A stretch of DNA of 64,000 nucleotides from the NCBI GenBank assembly GCA_963729045.1, contig CAVSMN010000020.1, positions 64,001 through 128,000 of the forward strand. The letters run 5' to 3'. Positions 1-10,618 of the stretch are shown piece by piece (positions within the stretch are counted from its first letter, which is position 1; every line of letters starts with the position of its first letter). Source of the stretch: an uncultured Nitrososphaeraceae archaeon. GTDB taxonomy: Archaea; Thermoproteota; Nitrososphaeria; Nitrososphaerales; Nitrososphaeraceae. A program made the position numbers and the translations under genes. The notes under the pieces are model-generated. The model saw nothing but the letters and a program-made list of their open reading frames with translations. It made no database searches and was not told the DNA's origin.

Positions 1-103
1 ATTCCAGAAACAGCTATCAAATAATGATAATGAAATTAATAGAGATGCTTAGTTGTGAGCTACGGATAATAATAATCCTGTCAATATTGGACTTTTTCTA
101 CTA

Positions 104-1366
104 TTATTCTATCACATTAAATAACCCCATCCATCCTAAATCTGAAAATTCATTAATATGCGAATGGAACATGTATTTTCCAGGATAATGATAATTGAAT
201 TCCAATATGCCTCTGTCACCTTGACCTAGTGTCACTATGTCGTTTTCAAAAGAAGGTTCTTTAGAAGTTCCACTGGGGTAGTATTTGTACATATTTCCAT
301 GCAAATGAAATGAATTGACTTGGTCAAACTCTAACATATTAATCAGGTAGATACGATAGTTCGTGTTCATGTTAATAGGAATTGGGTTTTCCACATAATC
401 AAATGCTTTACCATTAGCTGTATAGACTTCATTTCCGTGTTCAAATTCTTGTGGCATATAGTCTTCTATTACTTCTTGAGGAGTTGGAATACGGCTGGGA
501 CCAATTCCTTCTTTTTCATAGTCTAAATCATATCCGTTCATCATCATTACCATCTCAGTCATATTTTGTCTGGGTGTCTTTGGATCAATAATAAAGGCAC
601 CATACAAACCTTTGTTGATATGCTGATCAATTGGAGAAACATGACAGTGATATGGATAAACACCATATGGCTGGGCTGTAAAGACATAGGTAAAGTTTTG
701 ACCGGGTTTAATATATCCCCCAGGTCCATCTATTCCATCCATATTAGAAGGATGTGTGGAATGTAAATGCAGTGAATGCGTATGGTTGTTTTCTTTACTG
801 TTTATTACATTTATTTTCACTAAATCGCCTTCTGTTACCCGCATAGTGGGACCAGGTATCGTACCATTAAAAGTCCATGCATCAAAAAATGTTAAACCAT
901 TACTTGCAATCGGTATGGATTGATTTTCCTCTATAATCAAAGTAAATTCCCTAACTGTTTGATTGATTCTGTTATCATCAGTTGTAATACTATTTGACTT
1001 TACATGACCACAGTTAAAAAAAGTCAAATATTCTATTGAAGATGGTTTCTTATCGGTATCAGGACTACAATTCTTAATCTTGTCATACTCCTCAGTAGAG
1101 AGTAAATTCTTGCTGGTACTACTACTGCTATTATTATTGGAGGCAACAAGAGAACTGTCGTTAACCAAATTACTTTGTAAACCTGAAAGAGAATTAGGAT
1201 TTAAAGTAGAATTTATCTGTGAATTCTCATTGATTGGACCTTGAAAAGTCGTCAAATTATTATTAGTTGCCATTATAGGATGAAGCGAATAAGATAAAAA
1301 AGATATAGCAATGAAAGCTACTAACAATAGGATAAGATTCATTGTCAAAAAATTTGGATTTCGCAT
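104..1366 (-). CDS. Secreted two-domain multicopper oxidase (T1 site in domain 1, type C-like)
   Basis: N-terminal hydrophobic signal; WTFNGTIPGPTMRVTEGD; HSLHLH; YHCHV..HINKGL (T1 Cys/His, Leu axial); second domain HLHG and FHSH without Cys. Confidence 0.9.
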   Translation of the reverse strand: MRNPNFLTMNLILLLVAFIAISFLSYSLHPIMATNNNLTTFQGPINENSQINSTLNPNSLSGLQSNLVNDSSLVASNNNSSSSTSKNLLSTEEYDKIKNCSPDTDKKPSSIEYLTFFNCGHVKSNSITTDDNRINQTVREFTLIIEENQSIPIASNGLTFFDAWTFNGTIPGPTMRVTEGDLVKINVINSKENNHTHSLHLHSTHPSNMDGIDGPGGYIKPGQNFTYVFTAQPYGVYPYHCHVSPIDQHINKGLYGAFIIDPKTPRQNMTEMVMMMNGYDLDYEKEGIGPSRIPTPQEVIEDYMPQEFEHGNEVYTANGKAFDYVENPIPINMNTNYRIYLINMLEFDQVNSFHLHGNMYKYYPSGTSKEPSFENDIVTLGQGDRGILEFNYHYPGKYMFHSHINEFSDLGWMGLFNVIE

Positions 1367-1421
1367 AAATAAAACCTTTGATTTATTGCGACATCATATC
1401 ATTATTTCATATCATATCTTA

Positions 1422-2335
1422 CTACTTATATGGCAACTTTTCACCTATATCTTTTAATGCCGAAATTGCAGTATCAACGGTCATGCTTGGACCTGCTGTC
1501 CATACCAACAGTGTCTGTTCTGAACCCGTATCTCTGGCTAATCCACGAAGATCCTTAAAAGAATATGTGCTGTCTATTGAAAACCCATTACTTTTAAAAT
1601 CCTGAACATATTCATCGATATCTTTTGTTGGAACCATAAAGACTCCAACGGTTTCTATGTTGGTATCGGATGCAGTCGTGATGATGATGGAGTATTAGTG
1701 GCCTGAGTCTGTGTTTCTTCATTTGACGGAGTAATAGGGGCACTGGTACTAGATCCAATAACAGTGTTATTTGCATTTGAATTTAAGACATTGGGTTGGT
1801 CTACTACTTTAATATCGCCCTTCATTACAAATCCTTTTTGTACTGCTTCTTGGTCAATATCTGGACTCATATATCCAAAATCCCCTACTGTATTGAAAAC
1901 CATTGGGTTAGATGCAGTAAACTCTGGTAACGTTCCACTATCAAATAAACTTTGATCATCATTTAGTATAATGCTATGTTCGTGGCTTACGTCACCGCTA
2001 AACCAAATAACCTGGGTTCCTTTATTTATTATTGCTGTTTGGGGTAGAAAAGATTGCTCAATGAATCTGTTTTCTTTGGCTTCTCCGTTACCATGATGGG
2101 CTTCATCAGGTATCAATATTATTAAATTCTTGACATTATTTCCTAATACAGCAGTTCCCGTATCGTAAATGGATTTAGCATCTATATTCGGTTGAGTTTG
2201 GGTATTATTTAATGTTGTAGCAAATGCATTAATGTCATCAGTGGAATCATAATTTAAACTAGTTAATGCCACTGTCAAGATAAATACAAAAATTCCAGAC
2301 AAAGCTATCGTTTTATTTCCTTCACCTAAGGTCAT
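1422..2335 (-). CDS. Secreted cupredoxin-like protein, split by a 1-nt frameshift near 1680
   Basis: ORF 1655..2392 (likely start ATG 2335) has the cupredoxin signature FLPQTAIINKGTQVIWFSGDVSHEH; the adjacent frame reads TASDTNIETVGVFMVPTKD continuously into ORF 1422..1637. Confidence 0.7.
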
Positions 2336-3433
2336 AATTTTCTTATACATTTGTTTACTTAAATAATGAGTATTATAATATACATCCAACAAATTACGTT
2401 TCCCTAATTATAACTTCATTCTACTAAAGTAAGTTTCTATAAATTATTATGTAACAATATATCGATCATAATCTAAAGGATAACCAGAGAAAGACAGATA
2501 ATAATTTTGAATCAGAATAAAAATCCTATCTTTATAGATTCAATCCAAGATTAAATGTCGACCGTAGATTAGAGTGTACTTTAACATATATAATCACCAT
2601 TATTTTTGAATAAATATTTAAAGATAAACAGTATTACGATTAGTAATATGCGAGTTAATAATATAAGATCCGATTATCAATAACCATTTCTAAAATATTG
2701 AATTTTCAAATACAGAGATGATTATGGTGGAACCCGCATTAAATGACTGATATAATCCCAAAGTCCAACAGGTTCATTGAAATATCATTAATGCATGACT
2801 AGATTCAATTAAAGATAATTATTCTGAAATTGACTATCCCTAATTTTTCAAAATTTTTTTTCTCTTTGCATCGAGTTGTGAGTCATATTGTTTATCAAGA
2901 CATTTTGATACTTTTAGATCGTTTTCAACTTCATTTTTTTCCGCCATGAGCTCCTAAATATCCGTCTGTAGATCTTCAAGTTCCTTAATTTTTTCATGAT
3001 GATGTGGATTTTCTACTAGATATTGAACTAAGTCGATTATCGTAGCCATGTCTTTTTGATTTATTAATTAACTGACAATTTTTCCTATATTTACTAAATC
3101 CAAACATTTTTCTTGGATTTTTATAACCTAAAATAAAAAAAATATTAGCTATTACTAATATCCTATCTAATAGCTCGATACTACTGTTATTTTCTTTAGA
3201 GCTATGTTGTTTAAGCCGAAAAACAACATGGCTTTAGGTTTATTTATAATTTCAAAACTATTCAAAGATAGATGAATTGTAAAGATAGGAAACATAGAAG
3301 TATTATTGGTTGCTTGCTAATTCTTTTTCTTGTGTAAAGACAGAGATAAAATGCCAGGACATGTTTGTGTCATGTTTCAACTGTTTTGCCTGTTAGATAA
3401 GATTATTAATAAATATCATAAAATATAACCCAA

Positions 3434-3454
3434 GGATTCGAAGCCCATCGGGTC
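3434..3454 (+). repeat. tRNA 3'-end-like fragment, degenerate copy
   Basis: GGATTCGAAGCCCATCGGGTC matches the minus-strand fragment at 14225..14250 at 19 of 21 positions. Confidence 0.45.
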
Positions 3455-3509
3455 GATTAAGTAATAGGCTATACTAGATCAAGTTTTAAAAATATAGTCA
3501 TTTTAACCA

Positions 3510-4262
3510 CTACTGTTTTAAAGTGAGATTAAATGCCATTTGTAAATTTGGGTGTACTTTCCCATGAACGATTTCCATAATTTTCGAAGGTTGTGAAATG
3601 TTCTCAATATTTTCTCTCAGCTCATGCAACGATTTTTTGAGAAAGGGAACTGTGTTATTATCTACGAATGTTGTATCTTCAGGCTCTAGTTCTTTTTCAT
3701 AAATTTCAATCATCCTTAATGAGGTTTCCAAGGCATTATTATATTGAGATTTGTCTTTAACAAGTACAACATGTTGATTTTCTAAATCTGGTGAATCGTG
3801 ACTAGAGTGATTAGCAGTATCTACCACTTGACTACTATTCATTTCTAACCCGTTGGCTAATGAGAAATTCATATTAAGCATAATGTTTGAAGGTATCCCA
3901 AATGCATAACCATATTTTCTAAGAACTTCATCTCCTAAATTGGCCATCATAGTTGCGATTATGGTGTTGTTATAGAACTGATCACTATCAACAAGAAGAG
4001 AATCCTCGCTTACGAGGATATCATCAATTATCTCATTAATGTTATCCACATGGTCATTTGACAATGATTCGCTTTCATTATTTGAACCATCTACCAAGCT
4101 ATTGTTTATGAGTCGGTTTTCAATCAATATCATGTTTATGAATGTAAGAAAAGTTGAATTGTCATCTGTATCAAAGTTATGAGCAGTAACAATAATTCCA
4201 AATACATTTACAAATAACAAAGACAAAATTAAGAAAAGTGAAAAAAGTAAGTGGATTTTCAT
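3510..4262 (-). CDS. Secreted hypothetical protein (HNF...HxxxHPNL family, paralog of 44831..45901)
   Basis: Signal peptide ending VTA|HNF; DEVLRKYG and IVHGKVHPNL motifs shared with 44831..45901. Confidence 0.75.
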   Translation of the reverse strand: MKIHLLFSLFLILSLLFVNVFGIIVTAHNFDTDDNSTFLTFINMILIENRLINNSLVDGSNNESESLSNDHVDNINEIIDDILVSEDSLLVDSDQFYNNTIIATMMANLGDEVLRKYGYAFGIPSNIMLNMNFSLANGLEMNSSQVVDTANHSSHDSPDLENQHVVLVKDKSQYNNALETSLRMIEIYEKELEPEDTTFVDNNTVPFLKKSLHELRENIENISQPSKIMEIVHGKVHPNLQMAFNLTLKQ

Positions 4263-4343
4263 TTATGGAACACACTTATATCCTGAATGTAAGATCAAGA
4301 TAGTCATTCAAAGACATTTATAAAAAAAATAAGATTAAGATTG

Positions 4344-5402
4344 CTAATTAGGCTTGAATACGACTATACGTGAGTTACCTGTATCAGCAATATACACCGT
4401 CCCAGAGTCTTTATCAACACCTACGCCTTCGGGATCAAGTAATTTCCCCTCATCCTCATTGGGTCCACCAAATTGTGTAATGTATTGGCCATCACTTGTA
4501 AACACTTGAACTCTGTTATTATTCTTGTCAGTAACGTAAATATTATCGTTACTATCTATAGATAATCCAGAAGGCCCTTGAAATTCACCATTGGCTACAC
4601 CTTTTGTGCCCCATTGAGAAAGGTAGGTACCATCGTTACTAAACTTCTGTATCCTGTTGTTGCCATAATCAGCTATATACACATTCCCATTGGAATCTAC
4701 TATAGAACTTTCAGGATTTGAAAGCTGGCCATCACCCTCACCTTCAGAACCCCATCTATTTAGAAATTCACCATTTGTTGAAAATACTTGGACACTTGGG
4801 TGGTCCCTGTCTGTTACAAACAGCTGACCTTGTGCATCATTTGCTGGAACATGTGGATGTAAGAATTGGCCATCACCCTCACCTTCAGAGCCCCATTTTG
4901 TTAGAAAGGTACCATTATTATCAAATTTTTGTACCCTAAAATTGAATTGGTCTGCCACATAAATATTACCTTCGGAATCCATTGACAATGCAGATGCTTT
5001 ATGAAATTGGCCATCACCCTCACCGCCTTCTCCAAATTTAGCTAAGAAATTGCCTTCAGGATCAAATATTTGGATTCTATGGTTTGCATAATCTGGAACA
5101 AATACCCTTCCATCAAAATAGTCAACATCATTCTGACCACTAAATTGGCCATCACCCTCACCTTCAGAGCCCCAATTAGTATAATAAGTAAAGGATAGAT
5201 TCTGAGGTTGAGATATAGATTGTCCAAAAGCCATCGGAGAATAGAAATCCAATGTAGTCATCATTGTAATACCAAATAAGGCTAATGCCATGGGCATGAA
5301 ACATCCCGATACCCATTTACCTTCATTGACATTAAACAAATTCAACATTTGTTCATTTCCATAACTTTTCATACCAGTTATATTCTTTTTATCAGACGAC
5401 AT
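4344..5402 (-). CDS. NHL-repeat six-bladed beta-propeller protein, probably secreted
   Basis: Repeated WGSEGEGDGQF..P...DS.GNIYVAD..N.RIQKF units; hydrophobic N-terminal segment. Confidence 0.9.
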   Translation of the reverse strand: MSSDKKNITGMKSYGNEQMLNLFNVNEGKWVSGCFMPMALALFGITMMTTLDFYSPMAFGQSISQPQNLSFTYYTNWGSEGEGDGQFSGQNDVDYFDGRVFVPDYANHRIQIFDPEGNFLAKFGEGGEGDGQFHKASALSMDSEGNIYVADQFNFRVQKFDNNGTFLTKWGSEGEGDGQFLHPHVPANDAQGQLFVTDRDHPSVQVFSTNGEFLNRWGSEGEGDGQLSNPESSIVDSNGNVYIADYGNNRIQKFSNDGTYLSQWGTKGVANGEFQGPSGLSIDSNDNIYVTDKNNNRVQVFTSDGQYITQFGGPNEDEGKLLDPEGVGVDKDSGTVYIADTGNSRIVVFKPN

Positions 5403-5684
5403 ATTTTTACGCTGAATGAATGTTACTATTGGTACTATAAGTATTTTTCCTTGATTCTCATTGTTACTATTGTGAAGTATATATTCAATATATTTAACAT
5501 AAGTAATAATTTATCATGTATTTTAGAAATCAAAACTTAATGGACTATGAGGTTGATCACATGTAATCGATCCTTGAGCCATCGCGATGATATCAATGCA
5601 AATAAATTGTAAATAGTATTACAGATACAAAAATCAAATAATTCATTACTTTTTATGATAGTAGAACTGTTTTCATGATCTGAA

Positions 5685-5870
5685 TTAAGATTCATAATTA
5701 TCAACACTCTCGCTAGACAAGGACAAAATCTTGTAGGATATATTTGAGTATAAATCATTTTCACTACTTTCTGCGAAATTGTTTCCTTTAGTTAGATAAA
5801 TAGTAATAAAAAAGCCAAGAGAAATAACAAAACCAAGTAGTGCAAGTAGTAACAGATCATTACCCTTCAT
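5685..5870 (-). CDS. Small membrane-anchored hypothetical protein
   Basis: ATG start, one strong hydrophobic helix followed by a polar tail. Confidence 0.4.
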   Translation of the reverse strand: MKGNDLLLLALLGFVISLGFFITIYLTKGNNFAESSENDLYSNISYKILSLSSESVDNYES

Positions 5871-6086
5871 GGAACCAACCCTTTATGTGGTCAATATATC
5901 CTTTACTAAATTTGATATTTACATTCTCTAAACATTTCAAAAACTATTAGACTGGTTTGTTAAAAGTATTAAAAATTTTTAATAATCGAGTAGAAAAGAC
6001 TCAACCATGGCAAATGATCATTACCCAATTCTATCCAGAAATCATTTTATGCAAATAACAATAATAGTTATGGTTATGTTTTTATT

Positions 6087-6236
6087 TTAATCTGTGATGG
6101 TAGCAGAATGATAAGGGGCTCCACATTTAGGACACATTGCGTGATCACAAAGACATTCTTTGCAGTAATCATTACTTGCCTCAAATTCAGTTTTATCTCC
6201 TTTATAATAACATATCTCGCATACTAATTCCACCAT
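6087..6236 (-). CDS. 49-aa Cys-rich metal-binding microprotein (not in ORF track)
   Basis: Manual translation MVELVCEICYYKGDKTEFEASNDYCKECLCDHAMCPKCGAPYHSATITD; three CxxC motifs, 7 Cys, 2 His; AT-rich TATA-like sequence upstream. Confidence 0.75.
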   Translation of the reverse strand: MVELVCEICYYKGDKTEFEASNDYCKECLCDHAMCPKCGAPYHSATITD

Positions 6237-6607
6237 TATTATAAAGTTAAGTTGTCGCAACTTAATAATTTATTCATGATTTACATAGAAGGAAGGTCAT
6301 TGACAATTAACTTTTCTTGATATAATACCTCCTATGGTCATTATTGACTATAAGAAAAGATAATTGAAATTGTATATTCTCAGCGGGATATAGGTTGTTG
6401 ACAGATTAATGATCTTGTATTTTTATTTGCTAATTAATTGTATTTTCTATTACTCTATTATCTTAATGTCTTGATTTATTGCATTATTAATTAGATCACC
6501 GAAAAAACACTTCAACTAAACAATAAAAGAAAGGAATAGATCTCATAAATCAGTGGATTAGGAACCGGTGTTTCTTATGTCACATATTTTTGCTAAAGTG
6601 TTGCTTG

Positions 6608-7168
6608 TCAGTGTAGTTTCTTGACTAAAAATAAAATAGCTCCTATTGGTATGAAAAGAACAAAAAGTAGTAACAAATAAGGAGTATCTTCCGTATATAA
6701 GTGGCTCGAAACTAAAAGTATTCCGTAGATATTAATCACTATTGAAGGGGCAACTAGTGCTACTATTAATAATTCATAATACTTTGTAATCACAGATGAT
6801 TTACTCGTTGGAGATCCTTGATCTGATACCGCTATTGTTTTAGCTGCACTCTGAATTCTTAATCCCAAAATAAAAGACGATGTTCCTATCAGGAAAGAAA
6901 CTGCAGTAAGAATATTACCAGTAAGTCCAGGAACAATAGCTAGCGGCGCGCCTGTCCTTGTTTGTGATTGTGATTGTATTTGTTGTTGTGCTTTTACAAT
7001 ATATTCATCGTCAAACGATAGTAAAGAGAGGAATATAAGTAGAAATGTAAATGTCAACAAAGAAAAAAACATTAAGTTCATTAAATGACTAGCCAACAAC
7101 ATTATCGACATACTCACAAATTTATTCATTCTGAAAGTTCGGTAGAAAATGAATGTAGAATTATCCAT
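6608..7168 (-). CDS. Hypothetical membrane protein (signal plus about 3 TM helices); true start probably downstream of 7168
   Basis: Hydrophobic segments in the translation. Confidence 0.6.
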   Translation of the reverse strand: MDNSTFIFYRTFRMNKFVSMSIMLLASHLMNLMFFSLLTFTFLLIFLSLLSFDDEYIVKAQQQIQSQSQTRTGAPLAIVPGLTGNILTAVSFLIGTSSFILGLRIQSAAKTIAVSDQGSPTSKSSVITKYYELLIVALVAPSIVINIYGILLVSSHLYTEDTPYLLLLFVLFIPIGAILFLVKKLH

Positions 7169-7547
7169 AATTATTCAAAATGTGTGATTATATTGCTAAT
7201 TCAGCAAATTGATGGAATAATAGGTTTTTAGAATGTTTATAACTTTAACATCCTAACTATGACCCCTCAGGAATTATTATTTATCTAACTTCTTTTCTAA
7301 TTTGAATTGCAAAAAAAATTAATTTATGCCAAAAGTTTTATCTAATATTTTGTCTGTTACCGGTATCTACCATAAATCACTTTTTCACCTTAATTGAAAA
7401 ATAACAAATCAGTATCATCCAATAAGGTCTGTGGCAGGATCAATGTCAAAAATTATTTACCGAAGGAAAAAGTGTAATCTATGTTAGATCAGAAAAAACA
7501 TCATTATTTCATATTGGTGAAATTTAAATACCAATGCTTCTAGAGGA

Positions 7548-8093
7548 ATGATAATGAAAACCATTTATAAAATGATTCCAGCAATTTTTTTGCTGGCAGT
7601 TTCTGTTTCTATGATTGCAACATTTAATTTGAATCAGGTTCTTGCTCAAAATCCTTCTAATCTTGACCCTACTGTCTTGAAGGGAGCCATCTCGGGCCAC
7701 TCAAATAACGGCAACACAACAGAACCAGCATGGATAATGAGCGGAGTGTATAAATTTGCTGATGTTAATGCATCTAATCCTACATTAAACGCTACTTTCT
7801 ATATGATCAGGCTTGACGGTACAGCAGAGCATACTCATTCAATATACGATTTGAAGTTATCTGGAGATCCAGTTATTGACAGCGATTCCAACTCTACGAC
7901 ATATAATGGAACTACTACAGTCACATTAAAGGATGGACCAGTTTCTAATGTACCAACACAAATAAGTTTACTAGATGATAGTGCGATAGTCATTACTGTT
8001 GATAGTAATTTAACCAATAAGCACTTTGGAAGTACTCCGATTTATGGAACTCAGCATCTCATCTGTGTAGAAGTTCCAGACCTGTGTAAATAA
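7548..8093 (+). CDS. Secreted hypothetical protein, W/M/HxH/HF family copy 1
   Basis: Signal peptide ending VLA|Q; MIRLDGTAEHTH and KHFGSTPIYG; paralogous to 18316, 26936 and 48495. Confidence 0.8.
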   Translation: MIMKTIYKMIPAIFLLAVSVSMIATFNLNQVLAQNPSNLDPTVLKGAISGHSNNGNTTEPAWIMSGVYKFADVNASNPTLNATFYMIRLDGTAEHTHSIYDLKLSGDPVIDSDSNSTTYNGTTTVTLKDGPVSNVPTQISLLDDSAIVITVDSNLTNKHFGSTPIYGTQHLICVEVPDLCK

Positions 8094-8117
8094 ACCTATA
8101 AGGTTTATTACTTTTTT
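8089..8117 (+). terminator. Putative terminator: 9-bp hairpin plus T-tract
   Basis: AATAAACCT-ATA-AGGTTTATT overlapping the stop of 7548..8093, followed by CTTTTTT. Confidence 0.4.
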
Positions 8118-8552
8118 GTGCTAATCGATTAACAATTTCAGTTCAGCATTTTCTCTTTATTTTCAACCTACGATAATAGCCTGATCAGTGGGGCATTTGA
8201 CCGAACATCTTTAGTCTATATAACAGGAGTAGGTGATAACCTAGTGATGCATGGTTTACAGGACAATGACTATAATCATAATTTTTAAGCATAATATCAT
8301 TCAAATACCAGTAAAGGATCAGAACCGCTCAATTTAGAAAACAAACCGTCCCTCGACGACAGTATGTCAGTAATGTCCTAATTAATCCTTTTAATAGTGA
8401 AAATATCTTAACACAGGACTATGCTAGATATGGCAGTAAGATGCTTCTAATTTATCAAGATTTTGTCAAATTGAACTATTTTTTACATTTTATGAAAATA
8501 AATGTACAAATAATATTACATTATTAAATCATTATTAAGTTGTAGTTAACCG

Positions 8553-10340
8553 TTATTGAATTATCAAATCGACTATTTTTGATATTGCTATGTCACCTCC
8601 ATATCTTGCAGTAATTGTTAAGGTATAATTTCCCGGTGTAACGTCTCCTTCAGTGGGTTTAACTTCCAAAGAGATTTTGTACAGTGTAGAGGGTCCTATT
8701 TGAGGACTATTTGATGATACTGATCCTAAATCTTCAATAGGTACACTATCTTGACTAAAATTACTTGTAAGATTACCAAGCTTTCCATCTTTAGATATAG
8801 AAGAGGTTATCGACAAAGTAATATTTACAGGTTCAATTAACCCTTTATCACTACTGCTTCCATTAGCATTACCAGTTGTAGGATCCATGATCTTGGAGGT
8901 GTTAAGGATATTTTTGTTTATGAATATATCAATTGCATCACCAGTCTTGTTTTTACCATCAATGGTCATTTTGTCTTTGGAAACTGATAGTGTAATTGGA
9001 ATTTGATCTAATTTTTCTTTAGGAATGACACCGAGCTTGTTCTCGGTCCATTCTGTAAACCAAACAGAACCGTTATGGTCAAGAATAAATCTTAATGGAT
9101 TTGAAGAATTAACCCATAATGGATTTTTGGATGGAATATAATATTCAACAAGAGTCCTATCTTGGGGATTGTATGAAGCTATGGCATTTCCATAATGTTC
9201 ATTAAACCATACTTTTCCATCTCTATAGGTATTAACATACGGCAATGTGGTCAAATTGCCTGATTTGGATGGGTTTGATGTAGCATATTGCATGACTGCC
9301 CCTGTTTTGGGATCTAAAGATAGGAAAAGATTTGCTACATGGCTATTAAACCAAAGAAGTCCATTTTCATCTTCAGCAATACTGAATGGAACACTATGAG
9401 TATGATTTACATCATGAATAGTTAGTGCTCCATTTGGTATATCATATTTAATTAACTGTCCTCCTACAGGAAAAATAGAAGTCGAAAACCATAGTGTTTC
9501 ATTGACATTGCTGTTACTATTATTTTCCATTTCATTAGGATGAGGGAATCCAATTCCATTGGATATAGGACCCATCGTTTGAAAGTTGATCTGTTTAGAC
9601 ATATCCAGTTCTGAAATGCCCTCTGTTGTATTGTTAATAACCTTTGAGGGCTCCAGAAATCCAAGTCTTTGGCCAAAGACCTGTGTAAACCATACGTTAT
9701 TGTCAGAATCAAATGCTATTGATAAAGGATATCCCCCTTCTTGAAGTAACCTATAGTTTTCAAACTTTCCTTCTTTAACAAAATATTTCCATATGGAATT
9801 GCTTAATTCGTCGGTAAACCACAAGTCACCGTTTCGATCAAACTTCATTTCCCAAATCATAGAACCTAAGTTTCTTTCCTGCTTTGGCCAATTAGGTATC
9901 TTTATTATTTTGTCAAACTTTTGGGTTTGAGTATTAAAAATGAGGAGATTTCCTGATTTTCCAGATGCTATCCAGATATTGTTATCCTTATCTACGGCCA
10001 ATCCAACGGGTTGGCTACAAAGAATCGGAGTAATAAACTCGTTAAAGTAAAAGTTAGAGTTTTGAACATTATCTCCACATAGCAATGGCTTGTCTTTTTC
10101 TGTCAGTGTTTTTATAACATCGGTATTAACATTAGTAGAGTTAGAATAAGGGTTATTATTGATTGCTGATTGATTGATATTTGTTAAAGGATTTGAATTA
10201 GAAGAATTTGAGGTTGCATATGCATTTACGAATTCAAATAACTTGGGATTCTCATTATTTACAAGGAAATGACTTATTCCGATGATCATTATAATGCTAA
10301 AGAGAAAAACCCCAAGAATCTTACGTAGGCAACAATACAT
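8553..10340 (-). CDS. Secreted virginiamycin B lyase (Vgb)-like beta-propeller protein with C-terminal beta-rich domain
   Basis: Repeats P.GLAVD..NNIW, GDLWFTD, NNVWFTQ, VWFNEH.GNAI, GSVWFTEWTENKLG. Confidence 0.8.
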   Translation of the reverse strand: MYCCLRKILGVFLFSIIMIIGISHFLVNNENPKLFEFVNAYATSNSSNSNPLTNINQSAINNNPYSNSTNVNTDVIKTLTEKDKPLLCGDNVQNSNFYFNEFITPILCSQPVGLAVDKDNNIWIASGKSGNLLIFNTQTQKFDKIIKIPNWPKQERNLGSMIWEMKFDRNGDLWFTDELSNSIWKYFVKEGKFENYRLLQEGGYPLSIAFDSDNNVWFTQVFGQRLGFLEPSKVINNTTEGISELDMSKQINFQTMGPISNGIGFPHPNEMENNSNSNVNETLWFSTSIFPVGGQLIKYDIPNGALTIHDVNHTHSVPFSIAEDENGLLWFNSHVANLFLSLDPKTGAVMQYATSNPSKSGNLTTLPYVNTYRDGKVWFNEHYGNAIASYNPQDRTLVEYYIPSKNPLWVNSSNPLRFILDHNGSVWFTEWTENKLGVIPKEKLDQIPITLSVSKDKMTIDGKNKTGDAIDIFINKNILNTSKIMDPTTGNANGSSSDKGLIEPVNITLSITSSISKDGKLGNLTSNFSQDSVPIEDLGSVSSNSPQIGPSTLYKISLEVKPTEGDVTPGNYTLTITARYGGDIAISKIVDLIIQ

Positions 10341-10618
10341 TATGATATAGTAAGATGTTATATAGAGTTAATATCTGTTATTGTACAACTACAGTATTAC
10401 GAAATTACGTTTAACATAGTCATACGGATAAAAATTATAATATGTTTTAAATACAAAAATATTATCAACTTTATCTAGTTTCAATCATTTCCAGGAGATA
10501 TAGTTAGACGTAATAACAGAATTCAGGTCTTGAAGCAATCTGGGCCGTTTGCTATAATCGCTCTTTATGGTCTAGATTATTAATAAGATGTAAACATGAC
10601 AGCATTGGATTAGATGAT

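Noticed and set aside
104..1366. nirK nitrite reductase call
   Set aside because: HCH plus HxH motifs in both domains fit a trinuclear two-domain oxidase rather than the NirK T2 site
2830..3050. Coiled-coil-like frame with an internal TAG (possible readthrough)
   Set aside because: No recognisable family, flanked by further stops, and no pyrrolysine machinery seen; more likely a decayed gene
4718..4939. His-rich ORF (GHHPHLQ repeats)
   Set aside because: Antisense shadow of the NHL repeat codons
4727..5170. Four near-identical GGCCATCACCCTCACC motifs spaced 141/141/138 bp, superficially CRISPR-like
   Set aside because: They encode the GEGDG motif of NHL repeats; spacing is a multiple of 3, too long for spacers, and there are no cas genes
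8553..10340. Streptogramin resistance gene
   Set aside because: Only the propeller fold is supported; the protein is secreted, has extra domains and sits beside copD
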